Shown here piece by piece: positions 9,115 through 19,069 of a DNA stretch of 64,000 bases. Source of the stretch: Armatimonadota bacterium (GTDB lineage Bacteria > Armatimonadota > SYMT01). Under the pieces are notes generated by a model. The model was given only the letters and a program-made list of their open reading frames with translations. It was not told the origin of the DNA and did no database searches. Each line of letters begins with the position of its first letter. Within the stretch, counting starts at the first letter, position 1. The stretch spans positions 64,001 to 128,000 of the forward strand of contig JAWLHY010000002.1 of NCBI GenBank assembly GCA_041690135.1, read 5' to 3'. Position numbers and translations under genes: made by a program.

Positions 9115-10863
9115 CTAGGCCTCCAAGCCCGCCGTACCGGCAAGATGGCCCATCTGGAGGTGGTACATGTCCGCATAGAGGCCGGACTGCGCGATCAGGG
9201 CGTCGTGGGTTCCCTGTTCCACCACCCGTCCCTGGTCCAGCACCACAATTCGGTCCGCGCCGCGGACGATGGAGAGGCGGTGGCTGATGATCAGCGTGGT
9301 CCGGTTCCGCATCAGCCGCTCCAGGGCCTGCTGGATGATCCACTCCGACTCCGGCTCCACGGCGGAAGTCGCCTCGTCCAGGATCAGGATCTCCGGGTCC
9401 GCCAGGAAAGCGCGCGCGATGCTGATCCGCTGGCGCTGCCCGCCGGAGAGCTTCACGCCCCGTTCGCCGATCTCCGTCTCCCAGCCGTTCGGCAGCTCAT
9501 TCTCGATGAAGTCGAGGGCGTTCGCTGCCTCGGCCGCCGCCCGCGCTTCCTCCAGAGACGCCTCGGGGCGTGCGTAGCGGACGTTGTCCAGCACCGTCCC
9601 GCTGAAGAGGAAGGTCTCCTGGAGCACCATGGCCAGGTGGCTGCGCAGGCTGGCCTGGGTCACGTCCCTTACGTCGGTGCCGTCCACGCACACCCGGCCC
9701 GCCTGCGGGTCCCAGAAGCGCGGGATCAGGTTCACCAGGGTGCTCTTGCCCGCGCCGCTGCTGCCGACGATCGCCACGGCTTCGCCCGGGAGCACGTCGA
9801 GGGACAGCCCGTGGAGCACCTGCCGGTCCCCGTAAGAGAAGTACACGTCTTCCAGCGTCACCCGTCCCCGCACTTCCCGCAGCTCGATGGCGTTCGGGGC
9901 ATCGCGGACGCTGACCTCCGCATCGAGAATCTCGAACACGCGAGCCGCCGCCGCCGCGCCGCGCTGGATGAGGTCGTTGATCTGCGCCAGGCTCTGAATC
10001 GGGGAGTAGAGCTGCCACCAGTAGCCGCGGTAGGCGACCAACCCTCCCAGGGTGAAGCGCCCCTGCAGAATGAGCCAGGCCCCCACCCCCACCGCCAGAA
10101 CGTTGCTGAGGAAGCCGACGAACTGCGACATGGGGAAGAAGATCGTCCGCGCGTTCACCGCCTGGTTCTGGAAGGCCCGGTACTCCTCCGTTACCTGCCG
10201 AAAGCGGTGAGATTCGAAGTTCTCCTTGGCGAAGGCCTTCACCACCATCATCCCCAGCAGGTTCTCCTGCAGGCGCGCGCTGACTTCCCCCAGCCGGTCG
10301 CGGGCCGCCCGGTACATCCGCTTCACGCGGACATTGAAGAACCGGACCAGCACCCACACGACGAGGATAGGGGCGATGGTGATGGAGCCGAGGAGGGGGC
10401 TGAGCACCAGCAGGGACGTCGCGACGATGAAGAAGCTGTAAATGCTGGCGACGATCGACTCGGTGCCGTTGATGGCTACTTCCTGCAGCACGTCGATATC
10501 GCCGATCGCGCGGGAGACGAGATCCCCCGAGCGGTGCTCGTGCAGGTACTCCAGCGACTGGCCCTGCAGCTTGTTGTAGACGTCGTTGCGGAGGTCGCGG
10601 ACGAAGCACTGCCCCGCCTTCTCCAGCAGGTTTGTCCGAAACGCGTTCAGCACCACCGCGGAGAGGTGCACGCCCACCATCACGGCCAGGGCGGGGGCCA
10701 ACCGCTCGGGCCGGGCCGGGGTGACCACTTCATCAACGATGTACTTCCAGATCCAGGGGTGGATGAGGGAAAGCGGCGTGGCGAAGAGCAGGCAAAGAAG
10801 GCCCAGAATGACCCGCCCGCGGTACGGCCGCAGATAGCGTAGGATCCGCAAGTAGTGCTGCAT
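9115..10863 (-). CDS. ABC exporter, fused TMD-NBD (MsbA/Sav1866-like)
   Basis: N-terminal TM domain; GSSGAGKS, LSGGQRQR, ILILDEATS. Confidence 0.95.
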   Translation of the reverse strand: MQHYLRILRYLRPYRGRVILGLLCLLFATPLSLIHPWIWKYIVDEVVTPARPERLAPALAVMVGVHLSAVVLNAFRTNLLEKAGQCFVRDLRNDVYNKLQGQSLEYLHEHRSGDLVSRAIGDIDVLQEVAINGTESIVASIYSFFIVATSLLVLSPLLGSITIAPILVVWVLVRFFNVRVKRMYRAARDRLGEVSARLQENLLGMMVVKAFAKENFESHRFRQVTEEYRAFQNQAVNARTIFFPMSQFVGFLSNVLAVGVGAWLILQGRFTLGGLVAYRGYWWQLYSPIQSLAQINDLIQRGAAAAARVFEILDAEVSVRDAPNAIELREVRGRVTLEDVYFSYGDRQVLHGLSLDVLPGEAVAIVGSSGAGKSTLVNLIPRFWDPQAGRVCVDGTDVRDVTQASLRSHLAMVLQETFLFSGTVLDNVRYARPEASLEEARAAAEAANALDFIENELPNGWETEIGERGVKLSGGQRQRISIARAFLADPEILILDEATSAVEPESEWIIQQALERLMRNRTTLIISHRLSIVRGADRIVVLDQGRVVEQGTHDALIAQSGLYADMYHLQMGHLAGTAGLEA

Positions 10864-11003
10864 GACAGGAACATCTTAACGAGTCGAAGTCCGGTCGGCA
10901 CTATCCGTTCACCGGACGAGACCGCTATCATGCGGGAGTAGGACCGGCGGACGGTTTTCGAACCACGCAACCTACCTGCGCAACTGAACGTTGGATGGAC
11001 GTG

Positions 11004-11053
11004 ATGCGTAATGCGTAAGAACCGGAGAGTAATGCGTATTGCGTAATGCGTAA
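11004..11053 (+). repeat. ATGCGTA heptamer array (related GCGTGAG units near 11175-11192)
   Basis: atgcgtaatgcgtaa ... aatgcgtattgcgtaatgcgtaa. Confidence 0.8.
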
Positions 11054-11283
11054 GGTCCGTAAATAGGTCTACATGGGAGGCAAGCTGGCTACCTCGAGCT
11101 GCGGTGAGGCGTGTTGCGTAAGGTTACGTGCGAGGCGGCTGCGAGGGCAGGGGGCGTACCTCGGGCAGGTGGGTGATGCGTGAGGCGTGAGGTGGCCGGG
11201 CTAGATGGTTGCGAGGGCCTGGGCCGTGCCTCGCATGATGGCCGTGCTTCGGCGGTGGGACGGTGGGGAGCGGTTTGGAACGA

Positions 11284-11436
11284 GGTTGCCACGCCCGCAT
11301 AAAGACAACTTCCCTGACCAGGGGGCCTGCCACGTCGGGTAACGGGGTGCAGTTACCCGTCGGCTGTGCTCCGGCGTTGGGGCGGCGGAGGTCTTTGAAG
11401 ACGGATTTGGTCTTACCCCTCCTCGCAGTGACGATC
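11284..11436 (-). repeat. Dispersed ~120-bp element, copy B (most diverged)
   Basis: Reverse complement GATCGTCACTGCGAGGAGG...CGACGTGGCAGGCCCCCTGGTCAGGGAAGTTGTCTT; matches copy A ends including the tail. Confidence 0.8.
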
Positions 11437-11476
11437 ATATTTTTCATGTTGGATTACAGGTAGAGTTCCACTATTT

Positions 11477-14400
11477 ATGGCGGTAGCAATTAGAACCACT
11501 TCCAAACCCCGGACCGTTGCGGCGGCCACCGGTTTCCGTGGCCGGGCGTTGGAGCGAACGCTGCTGCTGTGGAATGCGCCGCTGGTCGCGCTGGCGGCGT
11601 GGGGAGTCGCCCTGACGCAGCGGCATCCGACGGAGGCGTGGGTTCCCGCGCTGCTGGCGCTGGGCTCGATCTGGCTCGCCTGCGTGGCGCTGCACCTGCT
11701 GCTCTGTGCTACCCGGTTCGATGGCGACCTGGTGATCCTGCCGCTCTTTTCGCTGCTGCTGCTGGTCGGGGCTACCTACCAGGTGGGGGTCAAGGGGCTG
11801 GCGGGCGGCCTTACGCCCGTTCCCTATACCAAGGCCGCCCTGCTTGCACTGGCGGTCCTGGCCTTGCTCACCACCGCCGGGCCCTGGTTCAAACGGGTCA
11901 GCATCCTGCTGGAAGAGAAAGTCTGGTGGCGGGTCGCCCGCGATCGGCCCTACTACGAATCGGCGCCGTTCCACGTACTGCTGTTCGGGCTGATGGTGCT
12001 GATGGCGCTGCTCCTGTTGTTCCGGGGCCTGCGGGCGGAGAACGGGGCGGTGATCCAGGTCCAGCTTCCGGGCGGGCTGCAGTTCACCCCCAGCGAAGTC
12101 ATTCGCCTGGCGGTGGCGTTCTTCCTGGCGGATTACCTGGGACGGAACAGCCGGATCCTGCGCAACCTGCGGGAGCCCGTGGGGCGCGTCTGGCCCTTCA
12201 ACCGCATCTATATGGAGAAGCGGACGGAACTGATCGTCCTGCTTACCACCGTTCTGCTCTACTGCCTCTTCTTCTATGCGTTCCGCGACTTCGGTCCGGC
12301 CGCCGTCATCATCGCCCTCACGTTGGCGACCCTATACGCTTCTACGGGGAGACTCCTCACGCCGCTCCTGATCGGCCTGGGGCTCACGCTGCTCATCGCG
12401 ATACCCACCTATCAGGACCTGGCGTTCCACACGTTCCGGAACCGGGCGGAGATGTGGCTGAACCCGTGGGATACGGACTTCATCAACGGCGACCACCAGG
12501 CGCGGATCCTGTGGTCCATCGCCGCGGGCGGCTGGTACGGGATGGGCGTGGGCAACTTCAACCTCTCGCAGACGCTGCCGCTGGCGCGGAACGACGCCGC
12601 CTTCGCCGGGGTAGCTGCCGCGATGGGGATGTGGGTGGCCCTCGCCCTGCTGGGGCTGTTCGCGGCCCTCACCTGGCGCGGGATGCTGGCGGCTCGCCAA
12701 GCGCCCACGGACCGGATGCGCCTCCTGGCCTTCTGCCTCACCTCCCTGCTGGCGTTCCAGGCGATCTGGATCTGCGGGGCGATGGTCCGGGTCTTCCCGT
12801 TCACCGGGATCAACGTGCCGTTCATCAGCACGGGCCTCACCAGCATGCTCTGCTCGGCGGTGGCGCTGGGGACGGTCTGGAACATCTCGCGATTGGGCGC
12901 CGGACGTGTGGGCGGGACCGACGCCACGGAAGCCAGCCCGGAGGTTCTGCGCGGCGTCACGCGGATGGCTCGGCCGGTCACCTGGGCGTTCGCGCTGCCC
13001 GCGGTGGGGCTGGTCCTGTACGGCTGCCCCTGGCTACTGGGCGACCGGACACTGGTCCGCAGCGCCCGCGGCATGGACCGCTCCCGGAACAAGACCCTCT
13101 TCCCGAACCCTTACCTGGAGCGGTTCAAGCAGCGGTTCGACCGGGGCCGGGTGTTCAGCGCGGACGGCCGCCTGCTCGCCGTTTCGAAGCCAACGGCGGA
13201 AGAGGTCGCGGCTATCCGTGAGACTTCCCCCCGGTTTGCCGACAAGATCACGCCGGAGAAGATCGAGAACGGGCAGCGGTTCTACCCCCTCGGTGAGGAT
13301 GCCGCCCAACTCGTGGGATGGACGCCGCAGGGACGGTTCATGGCGCTCCAGGGGAGTGTCGAGACGGTCTGGGACCCCCTTCTCCGGGGCTACAAGCCGG
13401 AGCAGTTGCCGTTCTACTTCCGCACCCGGCACAACCCGGTGATCCGGCCGCCCCAGCCGCAAGACCTGCAGCTCACCATCCAGGCGGATCTCCAGCAGTA
13501 CGCGGTCGAGCGCCTCTCCAAGGCGGTGAAGGACTGGGACGGCAGCGGGGGCGCGGCGGTGGTCTACGACGCCACAACCGGCGAGGTGCTGGCCGCGGCT
13601 ACCGCGCCGACCTTCGACCCGAACGGCCTGACCCTGGAGCGGATGCAGCGGTACACGAAGGAGAACGGGAAGACCCAGGTGCTCTTGAACAAGGCCCTAT
13701 CACGGGAGGCGCTCTACTTCCCCGGCTCCACCTTCAAGCTCCTCACGGCCGGCGCCGCCCTGGAGGAGGGGATCGACGGCAGCGTCACCTGCCGGAACGG
13801 GCACAACGCGGAGGCGATCCGGTGGGAGTACGCCGGCACCCGCTGGCGCCGCGATCCGGGCAAGATCTCCGATTACTCGCGCGGCAGCCACGGCGCGATG
13901 GACCTGGCCGGCAGCCTCGACCGGGCCCTGACCGTCTCCTGCAACGTGTTCTTCGCGAAGCTGGCGGCGGAGGTGGGACCGGAGGCATTTCACGACGCAA
14001 TGGAGCGGGCGGAGCTGACCCGGGTTCCCGACACCCGCCAACTGGCCGAGCACCTGCCGTATAACGGGTTTGGGCAGATCGACGTGAAGGCGAGCCCCCT
14101 GGAGATGGCCATGCTGGCCGGGGCTGCGGGAACGGCGCTGGAAGGGCTGCCGGACGCCTCCGCCGCGCGTCCGCACTGGGTGAAAGCGGTGGTGACCCGC
14201 AGGGGCCCGCGCGAGCCGGACGGTCTGCCCGGTGCGCCGAATCGGAAGCCTTATCGCCCCTTCAAGCCGGAAGTGGCGCAGCGCCTGCGTGAGATGATGG
14301 TTCGCGTGGTCGAAGATCCCAACGGCACTGCTCACTCCGCCTTCTTCTTCCGGAACGGGGAGCGGCGGCTGGACGGCATCACCGTCGGTGGCAAGACCGG

Positions 14401-14737
14401 CACCGCGGAGTTCGAGAAGCCTGTCTCCGGAAAGCGGCGGCCCACCATTGGCCGCCACGCCTGGTTCGTCGGCTTCGCCCGCAGCGACCACGAACTCCAG
14501 CCGCGGACGCTGGCCTTTGCCGTGCTGGTGGAGGACGTCCGGCGCGGCGGTACCGGCGGTCAGGTCTGCGCCCCGGTGGCGCGCGATCTCGTGGCGAAGA
14601 TCCTGCCCCCGCCCGGCGAACCCGCCCCCGGTATCTTCCGCGGCCTGGAGCGCTTCTACCCGGACGTCCTCCGCCCCCGCCTCGGCCCCCTCCAACCCCT
14701 CGGCGACTGGCTCAACCGCACCTTCCAGCGCCGGTAA
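11477..14737 (+). CDS. Fused FtsW/RodA (SEDS) glycosyltransferase - class B penicillin-binding transpeptidase
   Basis: SEDS motifs (FTPSE, RDFGPA, WLNPW, GGWYGMG, FPFTGINVPFIS) followed by PBP motifs STFK, SCN, KTGT. Confidence 0.93.
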   Translation: MAVAIRTTSKPRTVAAATGFRGRALERTLLLWNAPLVALAAWGVALTQRHPTEAWVPALLALGSIWLACVALHLLLCATRFDGDLVILPLFSLLLLVGATYQVGVKGLAGGLTPVPYTKAALLALAVLALLTTAGPWFKRVSILLEEKVWWRVARDRPYYESAPFHVLLFGLMVLMALLLLFRGLRAENGAVIQVQLPGGLQFTPSEVIRLAVAFFLADYLGRNSRILRNLREPVGRVWPFNRIYMEKRTELIVLLTTVLLYCLFFYAFRDFGPAAVIIALTLATLYASTGRLLTPLLIGLGLTLLIAIPTYQDLAFHTFRNRAEMWLNPWDTDFINGDHQARILWSIAAGGWYGMGVGNFNLSQTLPLARNDAAFAGVAAAMGMWVALALLGLFAALTWRGMLAARQAPTDRMRLLAFCLTSLLAFQAIWICGAMVRVFPFTGINVPFISTGLTSMLCSAVALGTVWNISRLGAGRVGGTDATEASPEVLRGVTRMARPVTWAFALPAVGLVLYGCPWLLGDRTLVRSARGMDRSRNKTLFPNPYLERFKQRFDRGRVFSADGRLLAVSKPTAEEVAAIRETSPRFADKITPEKIENGQRFYPLGEDAAQLVGWTPQGRFMALQGSVETVWDPLLRGYKPEQLPFYFRTRHNPVIRPPQPQDLQLTIQADLQQYAVERLSKAVKDWDGSGGAAVVYDATTGEVLAAATAPTFDPNGLTLERMQRYTKENGKTQVLLNKALSREALYFPGSTFKLLTAGAALEEGIDGSVTCRNGHNAEAIRWEYAGTRWRRDPGKISDYSRGSHGAMDLAGSLDRALTVSCNVFFAKLAAEVGPEAFHDAMERAELTRVPDTRQLAEHLPYNGFGQIDVKASPLEMAMLAGAAGTALEGLPDASAARPHWVKAVVTRRGPREPDGLPGAPNRKPYRPFKPEVAQRLREMMVRVVEDPNGTAHSAFFFRNGERRLDGITVGGKTGTAEFEKPVSGKRRPTIGRHAWFVGFARSDHELQPRTLAFAVLVEDVRRGGTGGQVCAPVARDLVAKILPPPGEPAPGIFRGLERFYPDVLRPRLGPLQPLGDWLNRTFQRR

Positions 14738-14769
14738 TCACGGGCGCGGAAAAACCGCGGAGAGAGAAA

Positions 14770-14803
14770 GAACACGAAAACACGAAAGAACGAAGGCACG
14801 AAA
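14770..14803 (+). repeat. Left NNNCACGA octamer array flanking the GxxExxY gene
   Basis: gaacacga aaacacga aagaacga aggcacga. Confidence 0.85.
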
Positions 14804-14836
14804 GCTGGATAACCCGGAAGAGGGAGAGTGCATGTC

Positions 14837-15289
14837 ATGAGCGAGGATGAAGTCGATTATCTGGAGACGCTGGTTATCGGCGGAGAGGGCCTCCGAGTTG
14901 CAGAGCCGGAGCAAACCAGTTATCGATTCGAACCGGTCTCCGGAAGGATCATCCGTGCGGCAGTTCGCGTTCACAAGGCGCTGGGGCCTGGTTTTCGGGA
15001 GGAACTCTACCTCAATGCGATGTGCATCGAGCTGGAGAAGAGCGGCTTACGGTATGGCCGACGTGTTGACTACCCAGTGTACTATGAGGGACAGAAGGTG
15101 GGGACGCACGAACTCGATCTCCTCATTGAGGATTCGATAATCGTCGAACTCAAAGCGGTCTCCGCCATCCTGGAGGTCCACAAGGCACAATTGTTGGCGT
15201 ATCTTCGCGCAGCAAACAAACGCGTGGGTCTGGTGATCAACTTTGGCGAGATGCCTCTCGGCATCAAGCGTCTTCTGAATGGCTACTAA
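14837..15289 (+). CDS. GxxExxY protein (PD-(D/E)XK nuclease superfamily)
   Basis: LGPGFREELY, ELDLLIED..IVELKAV, AQLLAYL, GLVINF. Confidence 0.93.
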   Translation: MSEDEVDYLETLVIGGEGLRVAEPEQTSYRFEPVSGRIIRAAVRVHKALGPGFREELYLNAMCIELEKSGLRYGRRVDYPVYYEGQKVGTHELDLLIEDSIIVELKAVSAILEVHKAQLLAYLRAANKRVGLVINFGEMPLGIKRLLNGY

Positions 15290-15325
15290 TTGGCGCCAGA
15301 CGGACAGAGGCTCCGATCAACTCCA

Positions 15326-15358
15326 TCGTGTTTTCGTCTCTTCGTGCTCTCGTGTTCT
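15326..15358 (-). repeat. Right (inverted) NNNCACGA octamer array flanking the GxxExxY gene
   Basis: tcgtgttttcgtctcttcgtgctctcgtgttc, an imperfect reverse complement of the left array. Confidence 0.85.
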
Positions 15359-15390
15359 CCTTCGGAGAACTGCGGGTTTGAGGTAGTGGC

Positions 15391-16872
15391 TTGATGCTGG
15401 ACCCGAAGAAGCTGTTGGATAGGTTGCCCCGGATCGAGGTGAAGGACCGGCCGTTCCGGTACCTGGGGCGGCGCGTGGTGCAGGCGATGGCGGAGGCGGC
15501 GACCACGAACCTGATCGTGGGCAAGCGTTCGGCGCCGGGGCGGTACCTGGTGGTACGGCTGGTGGAGAGTGAGGACGAGAAGGACCTGTGGGAGCAGCAG
15601 TTCACGGAGAGCCGTCCGGCGATCCTGCGGGAACTGGAGCGGGAAGCGGCCGCGCACGAGATCCAGCCCCGCACAAAGCTGGAAGTCGACCTCGTGGTGC
15701 TCACCGACCGGGAAGCCACGAAAGGCGAGGCGGAGCGTATCCTGTCCACCGTGCTCGACGAGGACGACATCCAGGCGGCGCTCGAGCGGCTGCAAGAAGA
15801 GCGGGAATTGATCCTGCCGCTGCGCGTGCGCACCCTGATCCTGGAGAGCGAGCCCGCCGAGGCGCAGGTCTACCTGGACCACAAGCCCGCCGGGGTTACC
15901 CCCTGTCGGATCGACGACATCTCGGAGGGAGAGCACATCGTAACGCTGGTCCGGCCCGGCTATCTGCCTTACGAGGACACGCTGCGCGTGGTGCCGGGAC
16001 GGACCGGGCAGAAGCTGACCTACCGCGCCGATCTCACTCCGGAGCCGCCGATGGGCGTGGTGGAGGTACGGACCTTTCCGCCGCGCGCCCAGGTAACGAT
16101 CCACGGCGAGACCCGCGAGTCCCCCGCGGACTGGCGGCTGCCGGTGGGGACGGTCCAGGTCCGCGTCGAGCTGGAAAGCTTCGAACCCCAGGAGTTCGCG
16201 GTGGAAGTGCCGTCCACCGGGGAGGGGCGCCCGTACCGGGTGCAGACCCGGCTCCGCTACAACGGCCCCGACCAGGATGAGGTGGTCGGGCGCCTCATCA
16301 TCTACCGGACAACGGACCGTGTTTCCGAGACGCCGGAGGTCGCGCCCGTACCCCCAGCCTCGCCGCAACCGGAGCCCGTTCCGGCCGCCAATCTGATCAG
16401 CGACTTCTTCGGTGACCAGGAAGAAGGCTCCGGCGACTGGCCCGATTGGGACCTGCCCGCCGCTCCACCCATGCCCGGCGCCGCGGTGCAACCCGCTCCC
16501 GCCGCCGCCCCTCCTCCACCCGCGACCTCCGAGGTGGAGATCCTGGGCGAGCGACCGGTCCGGCGCGGTGTGCTCCTGATCGGACGCGAGGACCCGCACG
16601 GGGGACTGGTTCCCGACGTCAAGCTCTTCGACCCGGAGAACAGCGTCTCACGCGGCTGCCATGCCTGGCTTTACATCTATGCGGACCGTTCCACCGGGGC
16701 CGTGTACAACACGTTCCTGGTCGGCAACAACAGCCCCGCGGGCATCCGGGTAGACGGTGCCCTGGTGATGGAGAGCCGGCGCCTCAACGACAACTCCGAG
16801 GTGGAAATCGGCAACTTCCGGATGCGGGTCGTCAAAGAAGTCCCCCAGGCGCGGGTTGAATTCGGCTTTTAG
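15391..16872 (+). CDS. FhaA-like protein: DUF3662-like N-terminus, PEGA repeats, C-terminal FHA domain
   Basis: PEGA (LESEPAEAQVYLD...GVTP; RTFPPRAQVTIHG); FHA (LIGRE, SVSRGCHA, NSPAGIRVDG). Confidence 0.8.
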   Translation: MMLDPKKLLDRLPRIEVKDRPFRYLGRRVVQAMAEAATTNLIVGKRSAPGRYLVVRLVESEDEKDLWEQQFTESRPAILRELEREAAAHEIQPRTKLEVDLVVLTDREATKGEAERILSTVLDEDDIQAALERLQEERELILPLRVRTLILESEPAEAQVYLDHKPAGVTPCRIDDISEGEHIVTLVRPGYLPYEDTLRVVPGRTGQKLTYRADLTPEPPMGVVEVRTFPPRAQVTIHGETRESPADWRLPVGTVQVRVELESFEPQEFAVEVPSTGEGRPYRVQTRLRYNGPDQDEVVGRLIIYRTTDRVSETPEVAPVPPASPQPEPVPAANLISDFFGDQEEGSGDWPDWDLPAAPPMPGAAVQPAPAAAPPPPATSEVEILGERPVRRGVLLIGREDPHGGLVPDVKLFDPENSVSRGCHAWLYIYADRSTGAVYNTFLVGNNSPAGIRVDGALVMESRRLNDNSEVEIGNFRMRVVKEVPQARVEFGF

Positions 16873-16957
16873 CATTGAGGGGGTGAAACGGGATGCAGCC
16901 CAACTGTGGTATCCTACCCTCAAGCGCTCGCCTGCCGACGAGCGCCAAGGAGCGAGG

Positions 16958-17575
16958 ATGAACCTGTTCTACCAGCCGAACCCCAACCTCACCGGGAGAG
17001 CCCTGCCCGCCTTCCTCCTGGAGGAGCCCTACCGCAACGCGATCGTGGATGCCGTCCTCCGGGCGGAACTCCGCGCCAACGCGCACCGGACCCGCTTTCA
17101 TCCCAAGAACTTCCGCAGCCTGGACGCCCACGCCTGGGGCGTGCAGTACCTTATGGAGCGCCTGGAACCCCTTGGCTGCCGGCACAGAGAGCCTGGCGGC
17201 CAGCCGCAAATCGTCACCCCCGGCCCGGAAAGCGCGCGGCTGGTTCTCACCCATGGGCGGCGCGTGGGCAACGAGATCCTGGTGAGCCCCAAGGGATCCG
17301 TCTCCATCACCCACATCCAGGACAACCAGGACCAGCTCGGCCTCAACCTCTTCTCCACCCATCCCGACCGCCGAAATCTCAACTGCCTCACCATCTGGAT
17401 CGTGTCCGATCTGCGGCCCGACTCCCTGGCGATCCACCTGGCCCTTGTCGCGGACCACAGCGACCATGCCTCGCGCCTGCACTGCGTCGACGTCGAAACC
17501 CTGTTCGAAGAGCCCCTCACGGAGCGCACCACCGCTGGCCCCGAGGGTGCCCAGCCGGCTCTCAGCCTGACTTAA
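16958..17575 (+). CDS. Hypothetical protein resembling putative toxins normally paired with XRE-ImmA/IrrE proteins
   Basis: RBS AAGGAG; pattern LEPLG..., PKGS...N..QL..LF, W....L.L recalled from that family (not searched). Confidence 0.55.
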   Translation: MNLFYQPNPNLTGRALPAFLLEEPYRNAIVDAVLRAELRANAHRTRFHPKNFRSLDAHAWGVQYLMERLEPLGCRHREPGGQPQIVTPGPESARLVLTHGRRVGNEILVSPKGSVSITHIQDNQDQLGLNLFSTHPDRRNLNCLTIWIVSDLRPDSLAIHLALVADHSDHASRLHCVDVETLFEEPLTERTTAGPEGAQPALSLT

Positions 17576-17590
17576 GCCCCCGGAGCACTG

Positions 17591-19069
17591 ATGAAGAAGA
17601 AGTGGGTTTTGCCTTTCCTGACCACGCTGCTGTTCGCCGGGACCGTCGCGGCCTCCGCGGCCCCGAAGCGGGCTTCGCGCACGCGACCCCCGAACATCGT
17701 GTACTTCATCATCGATGAGCTCGGCTACTACGAGCTGTCGCACATGGGCCACCCGGTGATGCGGACGCCGAACCTCGATCGGTTTGCGTCCGCGGGCATT
17801 CGCTTCACGCAGGCGCTGGCGGGCGCTCCCGTTTGCGGTCCGAGCCGCGCGTCGCTGATGACCGGCAAGCACATGGGCCACGCCTCCGTGCGGGACAACC
17901 CGGGCTCCACACCCATCCGCGCAGACGAAGAGACCCTCGCCTCCATGCTGAAGAAGGCGGGCTACGCGACCGGCGGCTTTGGGAAGTGGGGCTGCGGCGG
18001 CCGGGGGACTTCCGGGGTGCCCGAGAAGCATGGGTTCGACACCTTCTTCGGTTATTACGATCAGGTCCACGCGCACACGTTCTTCCCGGCTTACCTGGTG
18101 CGCAACAGCCGGGAGGTTCCGCTGCCCGGCAACAACGGCAACCACTACGAGGGGGAGACGTTCAGCCAGTACGTCATCGCGGACGAAGCGAAGAAGTTCA
18201 TCCGAGAGAACCGGGACCAGCCCTTCTTCGCCTACCTGCCCTGGACCCCTCCCCACGGGCGCTGGGGGATGCCGAAGAGCGATCCCTCCTATCAGCTCTA
18301 CAAGGACCGGCCCTGGACCTGGGGACCGCGCGCAGGCGAAGATCAGAAGATCTACGCCGCGATGGTGAACCTGGTCGATCGGCAGGTGGGAGAGGTCCTC
18401 GCGCTGCTGAAGGAGTTGGAGTTGGAAAGGGATACGCTGGTCCTTTTCACCGGCGATAACGGCGGCATGGAGTACTTCAAGGATGCGGAGCATCCGGCGG
18501 GGTTCTTTGGTCCCAACCTCAACCCACGCACCGGAAAGCGGTTCCGCGGCGCCAAGGGCAACCTCTACGAGGGCGGCCTGCGGGTGCCGGCACTGGCCCG
18601 GTGGCCGGGCAAGATCCGGCCGGGCCGCGTGAGCGATCACCCCTGGTACTTCCCGGACCTGATGCCGACCCTGGCGGAAGTGGCCGGAGCGCCCCCGCCT
18701 CCCGATACGGACGGGCTCTCCTTCCTCCCGGAGCTCCTCGGCCGGGAGCAGGTGGGCCGGAAGCAGAAAGTACATCCGTATTTCTACTGGGAGACCCAAC
18801 GGCCGGGCGTGCCCCAGCCCCAGGTAGCGGTGCGGATGAAGCACTGGAAGGCGATCCGGCCCGCACCGAACGCCCCGTGGGAGCTTTACAACCTGGAGCG
18901 TGACGTAGAGGAGACGACCGACCTGGCGGACCGCCGCCCGAAGATCCTCGCCAGAATGCAGGCCCTTGCCCAGGAGGCCCACACGCCGGTCCGCCCGGGC
19001 GAGGTGTACGACCAGGCACTGCTGGACAAAGACCAGCAGGCCGGCCGGTATCGCCCAGCCATGCAGTGA
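17591..19069 (+). CDS. Arylsulfatase
   Basis: Signal peptide; PNIVYFIIDELG, CGPSRASLMTG (CxPxR), GDNG, KGNLYEGGLRVP. Confidence 0.95.
   Translation: MKKKWVLPFLTTLLFAGTVAASAAPKRASRTRPPNIVYFIIDELGYYELSHMGHPVMRTPNLDRFASAGIRFTQALAGAPVCGPSRASLMTGKHMGHASVRDNPGSTPIRADEETLASMLKKAGYATGGFGKWGCGGRGTSGVPEKHGFDTFFGYYDQVHAHTFFPAYLVRNSREVPLPGNNGNHYEGETFSQYVIADEAKKFIRENRDQPFFAYLPWTPPHGRWGMPKSDPSYQLYKDRPWTWGPRAGEDQKIYAAMVNLVDRQVGEVLALLKELELERDTLVLFTGDNGGMEYFKDAEHPAGFFGPNLNPRTGKRFRGAKGNLYEGGLRVPALARWPGKIRPGRVSDHPWYFPDLMPTLAEVAGAPPPPDTDGLSFLPELLGREQVGRKQKVHPYFYWETQRPGVPQPQVAVRMKHWKAIRPAPNAPWELYNLERDVEETTDLADRRPKILARMQALAQEAHTPVRPGEVYDQALLDKDQQAGRYRPAMQ

Noticed and set aside
8284-10842. 852-aa plus-strand ORF and other long antisense ORFs (e.g. 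16832-18982, 44633-46192)
   Set aside because: Shadow frames opposite well-supported genes, expected in high-GC DNA; no motifs.
11124-11447. ORF sharing DVA.PL.R / PLVREVV peptides with ORF 1394-1636
   Set aside because: Similarity arises from the shared DNA element; reading frames are broken in the other copies.
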